Assembly (NCBI GenBank): GCA_039028615.1
Contig: JBCCHT010000001.1
Span: 288,001-352,000, forward strand
Origin: Myxococcota bacterium
GTDB lineage: Bacteria > Myxococcota_A > Polyangia > Nannocystales > Nannocystaceae
Direction: 5' to 3'
Length of the DNA stretch: 64,000 bases
Under the pieces are notes generated by a model. The model was not told the DNA's origin. It saw nothing but the letters and a program-made list of their open reading frames with translations, and made no database searches. Of this stretch, positions 40,448-50,594 are shown piece by piece. A program made the translations under genes and the position numbers. Numbering within the stretch: position 1 is the stretch's first letter; every line of letters begins with the position of its first letter.

Positions 40448-40636
40448 GTGGCGTGGGTCCTGCTTGGGTGTTGGGAGGCTTCTCGGTCGTTTTTCGAGCT
40501 CTGCCTTTGCCAACACGGCGCTCATTCGAGGGGTTCGCTGCAAAGCTGCCGCCACGGTTTTTGACGAACTGATTCGAGGTCGTGAAGAGGATACGCGTCT
40601 CGGGCAGCGGTGCCGGCACTTCGACATTCAACGCAG

Positions 40637-41280
40637 ATTGCCGCCACGGGCTTGGCACTTCGCTCCAACACCGTTGGAGCGCCCCCTCTCAACCCACGCA
40701 CTTCTTTGTCGCAGCACCTCGACTCGAACACTCCACATCGGCACAAAAGTGCTCCAACCGTTGCAAGTTGCTGCCACGGGCTTGCCATTTCGCTTCAACA
40801 CCGCAGGCGCGCCCCCGCCTCAACCCGCGGTTCTTCGTCGCAGTACCTCGACCCGAGCATTGCCCATCGGCGTAGAAGTGCTCCAACCGTTACAGGTTGC
40901 TGCCACGGGCTTGCCATTCGCTTCAACACCACAGGCGCGCCCCCGCCTCAACCCGCGCACTTCTTCGTCGCAGTACCTCGACCCGAGCATTGCCCATCGG
41001 CATAGAAGTGCTCCAACCGTTCCAGGTTGCTGCCACGAGCTTCGCTCTTCGCTTCAACACCGCAGGCGCGCCCCCGCCTCAACCCGCGCCTCTTCGTCGC
41101 AGTACCTCGACCCAAGCATTGCCCATCTGCGTAGAAGTGTTCCAACCGTTGCAGGTTGCTGCCACGGGCTTGCCGTTTCGCTTCAACACCGCTGGCGCGA
41201 GCGCCTCAACCCCCGCACTTCTTCGGCCGAGCGCCTCGACCCGAGCATTGCCCATCGGCACAGAAATACTCCCACCACTG
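40637..41280. repeat. Tandem array of five 129/130-bp units
   Basis: Units start near 40637, 40767, 40896, 41026 and 41155 (GTTGCTGCCACGGGCTTGCC...). Confidence 0.9.
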
Positions 41281-41322
41281 ATGAGCACCCGCTCCCCCCG
41301 TTCAAGCAACCAAGCCCTCAAA

Positions 41323-41600
41323 CGCCCGCTCGGGAGTCGGCGTCGGGGGAGGGCTGAAGCGAAGCCGCGTAGGATGGAGGGGGCCCGGTCGCGCGGAGGC
41401 GGCCGCCGACAGCCGTCGCGAACCACTCGGCTAGTTCGGCCGCCGAGCACGTCCGGGGAGGGTTCCAGCCGTTAAACAGGCAAGCCGTTCATTCGAACAC
41501 TCACCAAGCCCACGCGAAGCAAACCAACGCATCGCCCAAGCCGTGACCCCCTCCCGACGCCCCCGCGGACCTCATCAATTCGTGGCGCCAGGTCGACCCA
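41323..41600. repeat. Right arm of the long inverted repeat
   Basis: Reverse complement of 40158-40447. Confidence 0.9.
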
Positions 41601-41610
41601 CGGAGCCCAC

Positions 41611-42036
41611 CTACCGCCCGTGCAAAATCCCCAACCGCTCGAGCCCACACCCCTTCGCCAAGTCCATCACCTTGACCACAAACTGATGCTCCGTAGCCGC
41701 ATCCGCCCGAATGTTGACCCCACTCGTATCCGAACTATTCGCCGCATTACAAAGCCGCGACTCCAGCTCCGCCTCATCGATGACCCGCCCATCGATCTCC
41801 ATCTTGCCATCCGCCCCCAGCGTGACCACGACCGACTTCGGGTCCTGCTTCACATTGGAGTTGTTCGCCTTCGGCAGCTTGACCTGAAACGACGGGTTGT
41901 TCTGAAACGTCGTCGTCAGCAGGAAGAAGATCAGCAGCTGGAACACGATATCGATGAGCGGCGTCAGCTCGACCACCGCCTGGCCTCGCTGCCGTCGGCG
42001 GGCTCGCAGCCCGGAGGCGCGCGCAGACAGGCTCAC
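41611..42036 (-). CDS. exbD: Biopolymer transport protein ExbD/TolR
   Basis: LTPLIDIVFQLLIFF, IRAD. Confidence 0.92.
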   Translation of the reverse strand: MSLSARASGLRARRRQRGQAVVELTPLIDIVFQLLIFFLLTTTFQNNPSFQVKLPKANNSNVKQDPKSVVVTLGADGKMEIDGRVIDEAELESRLCNAANSSDTSGVNIRADAATEHQFVVKVMDLAKGCGLERLGILHGR

Positions 42037-42707
42037 GCGTCGTCCTCCGACGCATCGGGGGCGGGCTTGCTCGGGGCCCGGGCTGCTCGCTGGGCGTCCT
42101 CGAGCAGGTCCACGATGCCCATCGCGTCCTCTTCCATGGCTACGATGAGCCGGTCGTTACGACCCTGCAGGAACTTGTAGGCGACCAACATGGGGATCGC
42201 CACGGTCAGGCCGGCCGCGGTGGTGATGAGGGCCTGCCAGATGCCCTGCGCGAACGCATCGGGCCGGACCGCGGGATACGACGCCACGAAGCCCTGGAAC
42301 ACCTGGATCATGCCGATGACCGTGCCGAGCAGCCCGATGAGCGGGCTGGCCGAGGCCACGGTGCCGACGATCTCCACGTTGCGATCGAGCTGAGCGACCT
42401 CGCGGTTGCCCACCTCCTCGACCGACTCCTTGATCTCTGCGCGGGTCTTGTCCTGGGCGTAGGCCCGCAGGGCAGCCGCCATGAGCAGGGCCACGCTGCT
42501 GCCGTTTTCCTCGCACAGAAGCTGCGACTCGGAGGTCTTGCCCTTCGAGACCATGGCGCGGATGCGATCGACGAACGCCCGCGGCAGCACCCGGGGCCGC
42601 TGCAGCGACCACAGCCGCTCCAGGAACACCGCCACGCCCACCACCGACACGCCGAGAATGACCCACATGAGCGGGCCGCCTTGCTCGAAGAGTTCCGATA
42701 GTTCCAT
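42033..42707 (-). CDS. exbB: MotA/TolQ/ExbB proton channel
   Basis: PLIGLLGTVIGM, ALITTAAGL.VAIP. Confidence 0.92.
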   Translation of the reverse strand: MELSELFEQGGPLMWVILGVSVVGVAVFLERLWSLQRPRVLPRAFVDRIRAMVSKGKTSESQLLCEENGSSVALLMAAALRAYAQDKTRAEIKESVEEVGNREVAQLDRNVEIVGTVASASPLIGLLGTVIGMIQVFQGFVASYPAVRPDAFAQGIWQALITTAAGLTVAIPMLVAYKFLQGRNDRLIVAMEEDAMGIVDLLEDAQRAARAPSKPAPDASEDDA

Positions 42708-42875
42708 GGTGTGCTCGGGCCGTACGTCGCAGACGATGGCCGCCGAGGGCCCAGCTACGACGACGGGAATGATGACTGGGGCGCTCCCGCGCGGCAAGGT
42801 CGCAGGGCCAGACCCCCGCCCCCGGCCTCGAATCCCGCCCGTGAAAACAACCTCGAAATTCCCGACGACATGGGG

Positions 42876-42904
42876 TTGACGAGGTGCCGGGGCCCTGATA
42901 ATCC
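42876..42904 (+). promoter_or_regulatory. Putative sigma70 promoter of tRNA-Ala
   Basis: TTGACG-N17-TAATCC with a TG extension. Confidence 0.5.
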
Positions 42905-42948
42905 TCCGCGCCCATCGAGCAGCACAACAGCTGTTACGGGGACTCCCT

Positions 42949-43024
42949 GGGGGAATAGCTCAGCTGGGAGAGCGTCGCGCTGGCAGCGCGAAGGTCAGGG
43001 GTTCGATCCCCCTTTCCTCCACCA
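42949..43024 (+). tRNA. tRNA-Ala(GGC)
   Basis: G3:U70 pair, TCGCG-CTGGCAG-CGCGA anticodon arm, GTTCGATCC, encoded CCA. Confidence 0.97.
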
Positions 43025-43029
43025 AGAAG

Positions 43030-43061
43030 ACGGCTTCGCGGGTCACTGCGGAGCCGTTTTT
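43030..43061 (+). terminator. Rho-independent terminator
   Basis: ACGGCTTCGCGG...CTGCGGAGCCGT plus T-run. Confidence 0.8.
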
Positions 43062-43237
43062 CGTTGGTTCGCCCGGGTTTGCGCGGCCGCTCGAGGCGAC
43101 CGCCACGCCAGGCGCCGGAAGAGATCTGAGGGCTGCCCCCGCCGGCCCGAGGTCCCGCCGTGCCTGGGGGCTCACACGACAAACGCGAACGCGGACCGTG
43201 GTGACGGTCCGCGTTCGTGGGTGGTGGCGGCTTGCCG

Positions 43238-44182
43238 CTACGCGCCGACGCAGATGCCGACGTCCTCCAATCCCGGAGGAGCCGCTTCGGGCTCGAACCA
43301 GGCCTGGCACCCGGTACCGGCCGGACACTGCGACGCGGGGCCGCCGAGCTCGCAGAACGGGGTGCAGCACCCCGCACCGCCGCAACCGGGAATGGCGGCG
43401 CCGTTGATGCACGCCAACCCGGGAGCGCACGCATTGATGAACTCGCACGGGTCGAAGACGCCGCCGCCCTCGCCCGAAGCATCGAGCGCACAGATGAACG
43501 AGTCGTCGACGGGGTAGCAGGCCTCGTTCTCCGGGCAGTCTTGGAGCAGCGGATCGCAGACCGGGATGCAGACGGACAAGACGCCCTCGTTCTGGAAGCT
43601 GCAGGTGTCGTCGGGGCTCTCGCACAGCGGGTCACAGCCGCACAGCGGGATGCAGCGGCCATTGAGCGTCTGCGGGTCGACGTTCCAGCACATCGCCCCC
43701 TCGACGCAGTTGTCGATGCCGGATGCGACGGAGCCTTCGACGATGCACGGCTCACCGATGTCGGAGGGTGAGTCGGCGATGGGCGTGCAGTGGGTGCTGT
43801 TCCAGGCGCCTCCGCCGTCGTCCGCATAGGGCGTGCACTTTTCTCCCGCGGGGCAGTCCTGCGCGAAGGTATTGCACTCGCCACCGCTCATCATCTCGCA
43901 GGTGGGCACCTCGCCGGTCGAGGGGTCGTCGCCCATGGTCGACTCGCCATCGAGCGACGTGGTCGCGGTGGTCGTTGCCGTGGTGGTGGCCGGAGGCGTC
44001 GCGGTGGTGGTCGCCGTCGTGGTGTTGCCCGGGCCGTTGGAGGTCATGACGGGGTCGTCCGTCGCGGCCGCCGTGTCGCCCGACTCGTCCTCGGCGGGAA
44101 GCGGATCGGGGTCGAAACAACCGGAGGCGGGGAGCAGCACCATGGCCGCAACGGCCGAAAACAGAAGGGGGCGTAGATTCAT
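43238..44182 (-). CDS. Myxobacterial Cys-rich lipoprotein
   Basis: ASGC lipobox, Thr-rich linker, C...QDCP.GEKC and CDPLLQDC repeats. Confidence 0.8.
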   Translation of the reverse strand: MNLRPLLFSAVAAMVLLPASGCFDPDPLPAEDESGDTAAATDDPVMTSNGPGNTTTATTTATPPATTTATTTATTSLDGESTMGDDPSTGEVPTCEMMSGGECNTFAQDCPAGEKCTPYADDGGGAWNSTHCTPIADSPSDIGEPCIVEGSVASGIDNCVEGAMCWNVDPQTLNGRCIPLCGCDPLCESPDDTCSFQNEGVLSVCIPVCDPLLQDCPENEACYPVDDSFICALDASGEGGGVFDPCEFINACAPGLACINGAAIPGCGGAGCCTPFCELGGPASQCPAGTGCQAWFEPEAAPPGLEDVGICVGA

Positions 44183-44288
44183 TGGCAGCGTCCAGACGTT
44201 AAGTCGTTTCAGAGTGTGCCACGGTTCTCGATTATTGAGGGAATGTCGGGGATTGCCTCGCATCCCCCATGCCCGCAAGATCTTCGAC

Positions 44289-45035
44289 GTGCGCGTTTTT
44301 GCCGTTGCGACTTTGTTCCTGCTCAGTGCCGCATGTTTTACCGATGCCCCGACAGAACCGACGACGGCGGGTGGAGGCAGCACGAGCGAAGAAGACCCCG
44401 CGACGACGACGGGCGACGGCGCCACGAGCATGCTGCCTGGGGGCGATTCCACGGGCGAAGCGTGCCCCGGCCAAGTCGACGAATGCGGGGTCTGTGACGG
44501 CCCGGGAGGCCCCTGCCTGGGCTGCACGGTGCCGCAGGCGAGCAACTACGACCCTCTCGCCGAGGTCAACAACGGCACCTGCACCTGCGAACCCAACGGC
44601 AACCCCATCGCGGACCAAGCCCAGCTCGAGCGCAACGCGAGCGCGGGGGGCATGGACGAGTGGCAGTCGTTCACCACGGGGCTCGGGGGCGGCCTGGTCA
44701 CCATCGAGATCGAGATGTCCTCTCCGCTGGGCACCCGCCCCTCCCCGGCCACGCTGTCGCTGCACGAGGGCGAAAGCCCGGCCGGCACCACGCTGGGGAG
44801 CATGGACATCACCATCGAGCCGACCCAGCTCGCCACGATGCAGAGCTTCGAGTTCCCCGAGCCCCTCCCGGTCGCGGCGGGCGAGGTCTACACCTTCCAC
44901 CTCGTGATCCCGGACCAGACCATCGGCTACCTGAGCACCAACAACGCCGACCCCTATCCGGGCGGGCGACAGGGCGTCGACCCGGGCAACGACATGGTCT
45001 TTCGTACCCAAGTGGTCGGCTGCGTGCCAGACTAG
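44289..45035 (+). CDS. Hypothetical lipoprotein
   Basis: SAAC lipobox; DECGVCDG, GCT...ASNY motif. Confidence 0.7.
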   Translation: MRVFAVATLFLLSAACFTDAPTEPTTAGGGSTSEEDPATTTGDGATSMLPGGDSTGEACPGQVDECGVCDGPGGPCLGCTVPQASNYDPLAEVNNGTCTCEPNGNPIADQAQLERNASAGGMDEWQSFTTGLGGGLVTIEIEMSSPLGTRPSPATLSLHEGESPAGTTLGSMDITIEPTQLATMQSFEFPEPLPVAAGEVYTFHLVIPDQTIGYLSTNNADPYPGGRQGVDPGNDMVFRTQVVGCVPD

Positions 45036-45047
45036 GCGGGCACGCCC

Positions 45048-45428
45048 ATGGCCGCCCTCAGCAAAGCTCGGGTGATCGAGTACCTGACGGAGTGCAGTCC
45101 CGACGAGCTCGACGAGATCATGGAGCAGCTCGAGGAACGCCTGGGTCTGGAGCGACTGGCTCCGCCCGGCCTGGACTGGCCGGACAACATGGGCGAGCCG
45201 CTCGACATGGGCATGCCGGAGGGCTTCGAGGTCGTCATGCTCGCGCCCGGTGGGGCTCGCGTTCAGGTCATGAAGGCCCTACGCGCGTCGAACTCTCTGT
45301 CGCTCAAGGAGGCGAAGGCCCTGGTCGAGGCGTGCCCCACGGTGGTGCGCGATGGCCTGCGCCGCGAAGAGGCGGTGGAGCTGCAGGCCGCCCTGCAGGC
45401 CGTGGGGGCGGAGGTCCAGATCCGATGA
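45048..45428 (+). CDS. Divergent ribosomal protein L7/L12 paralog
   Basis: FEVV...VMKALR...LSLKEAKALVE..P...AEV. Confidence 0.8.
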   Translation: MAALSKARVIEYLTECSPDELDEIMEQLEERLGLERLAPPGLDWPDNMGEPLDMGMPEGFEVVMLAPGGARVQVMKALRASNSLSLKEAKALVEACPTVVRDGLRREEAVELQAALQAVGAEVQIR

Positions 45429-45706
45429 AGCGCTCAGCCGCGCTGCAGCTGCGCTTTTCGTGCACCGAAGACTGGGCGACCTTCCAGGGCGGCCCAGACA
45501 AACGCCACTGCGAGCGCTGCTCCAAGCACGTCCACGACCTGACGATGCTGCGCAAGAGCGAGGCCGAGGCGCTGTTCCGAGATCCGCCTCCCGAAGGGCT
45601 GTGCGTGCGCTACCGTCACGACGGCGCGGGGCGGATCCTGTTTCGCTCCGATCGCTACCCGGGTCGCTTCGCTTGGAAACGATTCCGGCGCCCGTCGCCG
45701 ACCTAG
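45425..45706 (+). CDS. Small Cys/His-motif protein
   Basis: C.EDW...RHC.RC.KHVHD...LCVRY; ATGA overlap with the previous gene. Confidence 0.65.
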   Translation: MKRSAALQLRFSCTEDWATFQGGPDKRHCERCSKHVHDLTMLRKSEAEALFRDPPPEGLCVRYRHDGAGRILFRSDRYPGRFAWKRFRRPSPT

Positions 45707-46344
45707 CGTCGGGTCACCGCGGCCACCATGCCGGGTCGGCGCCACAGCGCCGCGACGCCGCCCGAGAGCGCGACGATGAGCACCGAGACGTGGCCCGACC
45801 ACAAGTGCACGGGATGGGTGAGCGGACAGTGCAGGTGCAGGCCGACCATGGCCACCAGGGTCCCCGCAGCCAACAGCGCGAGGAACGACAGCGGCGAGCG
45901 ACCGCTGACGGTCAGCCAGCGCAGCAGGCCCACCACCACCAGGGTCATCGCGCCGCCCACGGTGAAGCACGCCAGCGCACGGGGCACGAAGTCGACGCCC
46001 ATGCCCAGCGTGGACTCGGGGTGTAGCGTGTGAGCGGAGGGCAAGAGCGCCACTCCCACCGCTCCGATCACGGTGAACACGAGCGCGGCGGGCAGGCTGC
46101 GTCGCCACCGAGACCCGCGGGCTCCCGGGCGCAGCGCGAGGTCGAGGGTGAGCACGGCCGGCAGGGCCAGCAACGCGAGGTCGAGCACGAGCCGCCAGGT
46201 GGGAAAGACGCTCAGATCGGCGCGCGGCCGCACGACGACGATGGCGACCTCGAGCGCAGTCGCGATCAGTAAGCCCAGGACCAATCGCACCGCGGCCGGA
46301 GCGCCCGCCACGACGACTCGAACATCATTGAGACGACGCATCAT
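45703..46344 (-). CDS. NrsF/DUF1109-like membrane anti-sigma protein
   Basis: Multiple TM segments; LHLHCP...HL..GH. Confidence 0.65.
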   Translation of the reverse strand: MMRRLNDVRVVVAGAPAAVRLVLGLLIATALEVAIVVVRPRADLSVFPTWRLVLDLALLALPAVLTLDLALRPGARGSRWRRSLPAALVFTVIGAVGVALLPSAHTLHPESTLGMGVDFVPRALACFTVGGAMTLVVVGLLRWLTVSGRSPLSFLALLAAGTLVAMVGLHLHCPLTHPVHLWSGHVSVLIVALSGGVAALWRRPGMVAAVTRR

Positions 46345-49168
46345 CCGACCGTGAGCCGTATTCCGCGGGTGGCCCTTCGGTTACCGGATGCCGTCGATCG
46401 TCGAGCCACTGCCTCAGCTCGCGGCGCACCTGCTCGGCGTCGGAGTAATGAGCGATGCGCTCGAGGGTTCGCTCGGCGACGTCGCGGGCTTCGTCGGGAT
46501 GCCCGGCGCCCCATAGCGCTCGGGCGAGCAGGCCGCCGGTCTCGCCCACGGCCGGGCTGCCTTGGTAGCGCTGCCGTCGAATCTCCAGCGCCCGGGACAG
46601 CGACTCGATGGCCTCCTCGGGCTGCCCGAGCTCGAGCAAGGTTCGACCGCGGCCTTCGAGTCCTCGCGCCATGCGGGGATGCTCGGGACCCCCTGCCGCT
46701 TCGATGACCTCGAGACCGTGGTCGTAGGCCGCCAATGCGGCGGCGGGTCGACCCTGCGCCAGCTGCAGGTCACCCCGGAACACGGACACCGTGCCCAAGT
46801 CGACGCTGTGCTCGTCGTAGAGCCCTCGCAAGATGGCCTCGGCCGCGTCGAGCTTCTGCTCCGCCGCGCGGTACCGCCCTTGCCGGGTGTCGATGGCCGA
46901 CAAGTACACCTGCGGCATCGCGACCGCGGGGTGATGCTCGCCCCGCGCGGCGCGAGCCACCTCGAGGGCGCGGGAGAACAGCCGCGTCGCCTCGTCCGGC
47001 TGGTCCCGTTGCCACGCGATGATGCCGAGGTTGTGGAGCGGCGTGCCGAGCTGCGGGTGCTCCGGCCCCAACGACGCGCTGATCCGATCCACCGACTCGC
47101 TCCACAGGGCCACCGCTCGATCGCGCTGCCCGAGATAGAAGTGCGCCGCCGCCAAGTGGGTGAGGTCCTCGGCGATCTTCGGATGCGCGTCGCCGTAGAC
47201 GGCACGATCGTGGTCCAGGATTCGTTCGTCGAGCACCAGCGCGTCGGCGAATCGGCCCTGGCGGAAGGCGATCGCGGCCTCGAGCCCCTGCGGCGCCATG
47301 CGGAGCGGATCGTGCTCGGGGAGCGCGTCGGCAAAGGGCCGGGCCACGCGAGCCCAGATGAGCCCCTCGGCGTAGCGCTGGCGGTGATACCCGACCAGGT
47401 TGCCGAGCCCGGTCGCGGCAGCGACCGCAACGGAGGCGCGCTCGGTGGCCACCGCCAGATCGAAGGCTTCCTCGAAGGTCCGCATGGCGTCGTCGAGCTG
47501 CCCCTGCCCCTCCTGGGCCTTGGCCACGGTGACGCGCACCTCGGCGTGCACGGGCCCGACCGGCAGTTCCTCGAGCTCGGCCTGCAGCGCGACCAAGGGC
47601 TCGTAGGCGTCGCGATAGCGTCCCGCCGCGACCCGGGTTCGCAGCCTCGCCAAGCGCAGGCCGTGCGCGAGGGCAGCCTCCCCCATCGCGGCTTCGCCAT
47701 GGCCGTGCTCGCACTCGACCAGCCGGGGCAGCGCCTGCACGATTTGGGGCGCGGACTCCACCACCGAGGCCAGGGGCTCGTCCCCCGGGTCGGCCAACAG
47801 CGTCACCACCTCCTCGAACGACGCGAGCGTGCGCTCGAAGCACGCCGCTCGCTCCGCCCGCTCGCGCTCGCCGACCGCGGCCTCGACCCGCGCCGCCACG
47901 CACAGCTCGAGACGCGCCGACCTCCACGCCTCGGCATATTCATCGAGCGACGTCAGCGTGCGCTCGACCTGCTGCCGCGCGTAGGGCAGCGCCGCCTGCT
48001 CGTGCGCCTGCCGAACCTCGTCGCGGCGCGCGGCCGTCCAGGCCTCGCCGACCACGTCCCCCACCCCATCGCAGACCTCGGCGTCCTCGGTCAGCAGCAA
48101 CGGGACCAACAGCGCCGCGAAAACGATGGGCGTGGCCAGCAACATCACCACCCGGTCCGGCCATCGCTGCTCGCGCTCGAGCGCCTCGAGCAGGCTGTGC
48201 ATGTCGGGCCAGCGCTGCTCGGGCTCCGTCTCGAGTCCCCGGTCGAGCACGCGTCGCAGGCCCACTGGGACCCGAACCCCGCGGGGCGGCGGGCGTCGCT
48301 GGCCCTTCGAGATGCTCCACACCAGCTCGAACGCGCTCACGCCAGCAAAGGGCCGCTGCCCGAACAGGGCCTCCCACAGGGCCACGCAGTAGCTGAACAC
48401 GTCGCTGCGCGCGTCGATCTTGGCGCCCAGGATCTGCTCGGGAGCCATGTACGCGGGGGTCCCCACCAGCTGGCCGATGGCCCGCGCCGTCGTATGCGGT
48501 CGCACCACTCGCCCCGACTTCGTCGCCTCCGTCTCTTCGGTCTTGGCGAGGCCGAAGTCGAGCACCCGCGCATGGCCACCGTCATCGACCATCACGTTGT
48601 CCGGCTTGAAGTCGCGGTGGATGACCCCCGCCTCGTGGGCGGCCTGCAGCCCCCGCCCGGCCTCGATGAAGATACGCAGGATCTCGCGGTTCGATCGGGT
48701 GGTGGAGCGCAGCCAGGTGGTCAGGGTCTGGCCCGCGACCAGCTCCATCGCCACGAAGACCTGTCCCTCGTGGACCCCGACGTCGAACACGTGCACGACA
48801 TGGGGATGAGACACCCGGGCCAGGGCTCGGGCCTCGCGTTGCAGTCGACGTCGTCGCGCGTCGTCTCGCTCGCCGCGGCGCACGAGCTTGACCGCGACGT
48901 CGCGCTCGAGTTCCGCGTCGTAGGCTCGAAAGACGTCCCCCATCGCCCCCGAGCCCAAGCGCTCGTGGACCTCGAGGCGCCCGATGGTCGCCGGGGCCTG
49001 ACAGGGCTCGGTGACCGGCTCGCCCATCGCGATCTGGGGCAGCGTGGTCTCAGGCCCCGCCCGATCCACGGACGTGAAGGTCTGCATCTCGCTGGGCACC
49101 GCGGGCAGTCGCGACGGCACCGGTGCCTCCCCGTCGAACAACGTGTCGAGTTCGTGATCGACGCTCAA
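46325..49168 (-). CDS. Ser/Thr protein kinase with TM segment and TPR repeats
   Basis: [34 protein letters not shown] repeats. Confidence 0.92.
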   Translation of the reverse strand: MSVDHELDTLFDGEAPVPSRLPAVPSEMQTFTSVDRAGPETTLPQIAMGEPVTEPCQAPATIGRLEVHERLGSGAMGDVFRAYDAELERDVAVKLVRRGERDDARRRRLQREARALARVSHPHVVHVFDVGVHEGQVFVAMELVAGQTLTTWLRSTTRSNREILRIFIEAGRGLQAAHEAGVIHRDFKPDNVMVDDGGHARVLDFGLAKTEETEATKSGRVVRPHTTARAIGQLVGTPAYMAPEQILGAKIDARSDVFSYCVALWEALFGQRPFAGVSAFELVWSISKGQRRPPPRGVRVPVGLRRVLDRGLETEPEQRWPDMHSLLEALEREQRWPDRVVMLLATPIVFAALLVPLLLTEDAEVCDGVGDVVGEAWTAARRDEVRQAHEQAALPYARQQVERTLTSLDEYAEAWRSARLELCVAARVEAAVGERERAERAACFERTLASFEEVVTLLADPGDEPLASVVESAPQIVQALPRLVECEHGHGEAAMGEAALAHGLRLARLRTRVAAGRYRDAYEPLVALQAELEELPVGPVHAEVRVTVAKAQEGQGQLDDAMRTFEEAFDLAVATERASVAVAAATGLGNLVGYHRQRYAEGLIWARVARPFADALPEHDPLRMAPQGLEAAIAFRQGRFADALVLDERILDHDRAVYGDAHPKIAEDLTHLAAAHFYLGQRDRAVALWSESVDRISASLGPEHPQLGTPLHNLGIIAWQRDQPDEATRLFSRALEVARAARGEHHPAVAMPQVYLSAIDTRQGRYRAAEQKLDAAEAILRGLYDEHSVDLGTVSVFRGDLQLAQGRPAAALAAYDHGLEVIEAAGGPEHPRMARGLEGRGRTLLELGQPEEAIESLSRALEIRRQRYQGSPAVGETGGLLARALWGAGHPDEARDVAERTLERIAHYSDAEQVRRELRQWLDDRRHPVTEGPPAEYGSRSDDASSQ

Positions 49169-49290
49169 GCCTCGACGCTCCTGAAACGGTATCCGTCTCG
49201 AACGAGCGGAGTTACGGGTGCAACGTTGTAAGGGAAAGATTCGTGGTCGCTCCCAGTACATGCACGTACATCTGATAGCCTGAAGCCACG

Positions 49291-49956
49291 GTGAGTTCGG
49301 ACGCACGACCCGACGACGACACCGAACCGGACGTCTCGGGCGCCTCGCCGTCCCTCGACCGAGGCGCGATTCCGCAACAGCCCCTCGGGCGATCGAGCAA
49401 GGCGATGATCCGCACCGCGCTCTTCGCCAATGCGAGCCGGGCTCGCGTTGGGCGCTTCGAGCTCCGCGGCAAGCTCGGCCAGGGCGGCATGGCCTCCGTG
49501 CTGCGAGCCTTCGACGAGACCCTCAATCGGGACGTCGCGGTGAAGCTGCTGCACCGCGACCTGAGCCGCGAACACAACAAACGCTTGCTTCGAGAGGCCC
49601 AGGCGCTCGCTCGCTTGTCGCATCCAAACGTAGTGCAGGTCGGCGAGAGCGACGGCGAGACCTTCATCGCCATGGAGTTGGTCCGCGGCAACCGTAGCGC
49701 CGCGACGGGCCACGCCGAGCGAGCCGTCGCGAGCGACGAAGGACACCAAGGACCGCCACATGCCGTGGCGGATGCCCGTTTCGTGCTCGCCCGCGCGCTG
49801 GGATCGGAACCGAAGCATGCGGAGCGAGCTCGAACGCTGGCCGCCCGAGTGCTCGAAGACCTGTCCAACGCCGGTCCCTCGGGAACCGGTCGCATCGGGC
49901 GGATCGAAGCGTGGCTCGCCTCGCAGGGGGTCCACACCACCACGGGTCCAGGGTAG
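49291..49956 (+). pseudogene. Internally deleted Ser/Thr kinase (N-lobe joined to the C-terminal TPR tail)
   Basis: LGQGGM, VAVK and HPNVV present; HRD, DFG and APE absent. Confidence 0.75.
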
Positions 49957-49967
49957 GCTGCGGGGCA

Positions 49968-50585
49968 GTGAAAACGGACGCAGAGCTGCTGTACGCCTGG
50001 CGCGACGGAGACGAGGTCGCGGGGGAACAGCTCTTCGAACGCTACTTCGACGCCGTCGGTCGGTTCTTCTTCAACAAGGCCAGCGGGGATCCCGAAGACC
50101 TGGTGCAGGAGACCTTCGCCTCGTGCGTACGGGGTCGCGACAACGTCCGCGACTTTCGCTCGTACCTGTTCGGCGTCGCCTACAACGTGCTGCGCGCGTA
50201 TATCCGTCGCAAGCAACGGCCCGATTCCTCGCCCAACGCGGACGAGGTCTCGGCGTGTGACCTGGGGCCCGGCCCTTCGACGGTCATGCATCGCCGCGAG
50301 GAGCAGCGGCTGCTGCTCGAAGGGCTCCGGCGCATTCCCTTCAACTATCAGATCGTGCTCGAGCTCCACTACTGGGAAGAGATGACCACCGCTCAGATCG
50401 GCGAGGCGTTGGGCGTGCCCACCGGGACGATCCGCAGCCGGCTGAAGATCGGTCGTCAGAAGCTCGAGCAAGCGCTAACGCGCGTATCCGCGCCCGCGGA
50501 CGTGCTCGACAGCACCATGAGCGACCTCGACGGCTGGGCCCGGAAGCTGCGGCGCTCGGTCGAGGACTCTTCGCCCTCGACCTGA
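49968..50585 (+). CDS. ECF RNA polymerase sigma factor
   Basis: DLVQETF, FRSYLFG, GTIRSRL. Confidence 0.9.
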   Translation: MKTDAELLYAWRDGDEVAGEQLFERYFDAVGRFFFNKASGDPEDLVQETFASCVRGRDNVRDFRSYLFGVAYNVLRAYIRRKQRPDSSPNADEVSACDLGPGPSTVMHRREEQRLLLEGLRRIPFNYQIVLELHYWEEMTTAQIGEALGVPTGTIRSRLKIGRQKLEQALTRVSAPADVLDSTMSDLDGWARKLRRSVEDSSPST

Positions 50586-50594
50586 GCGAGCCCC

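Noticed and set aside
40637..41280. CRISPR array or repeat-protein gene
   Set aside because: Units are 129-130 bp with no unique spacers and no cas genes nearby; indels shift the frames, so ORFs 40464-41357 and 40897-41475 look spurious
46562..49231. Long antisense ORFs (also 36603-38678, 21709-24198, 11834-13309)
   Set aside because: Shadow ORFs opposite well-supported genes, typical of high-GC DNA
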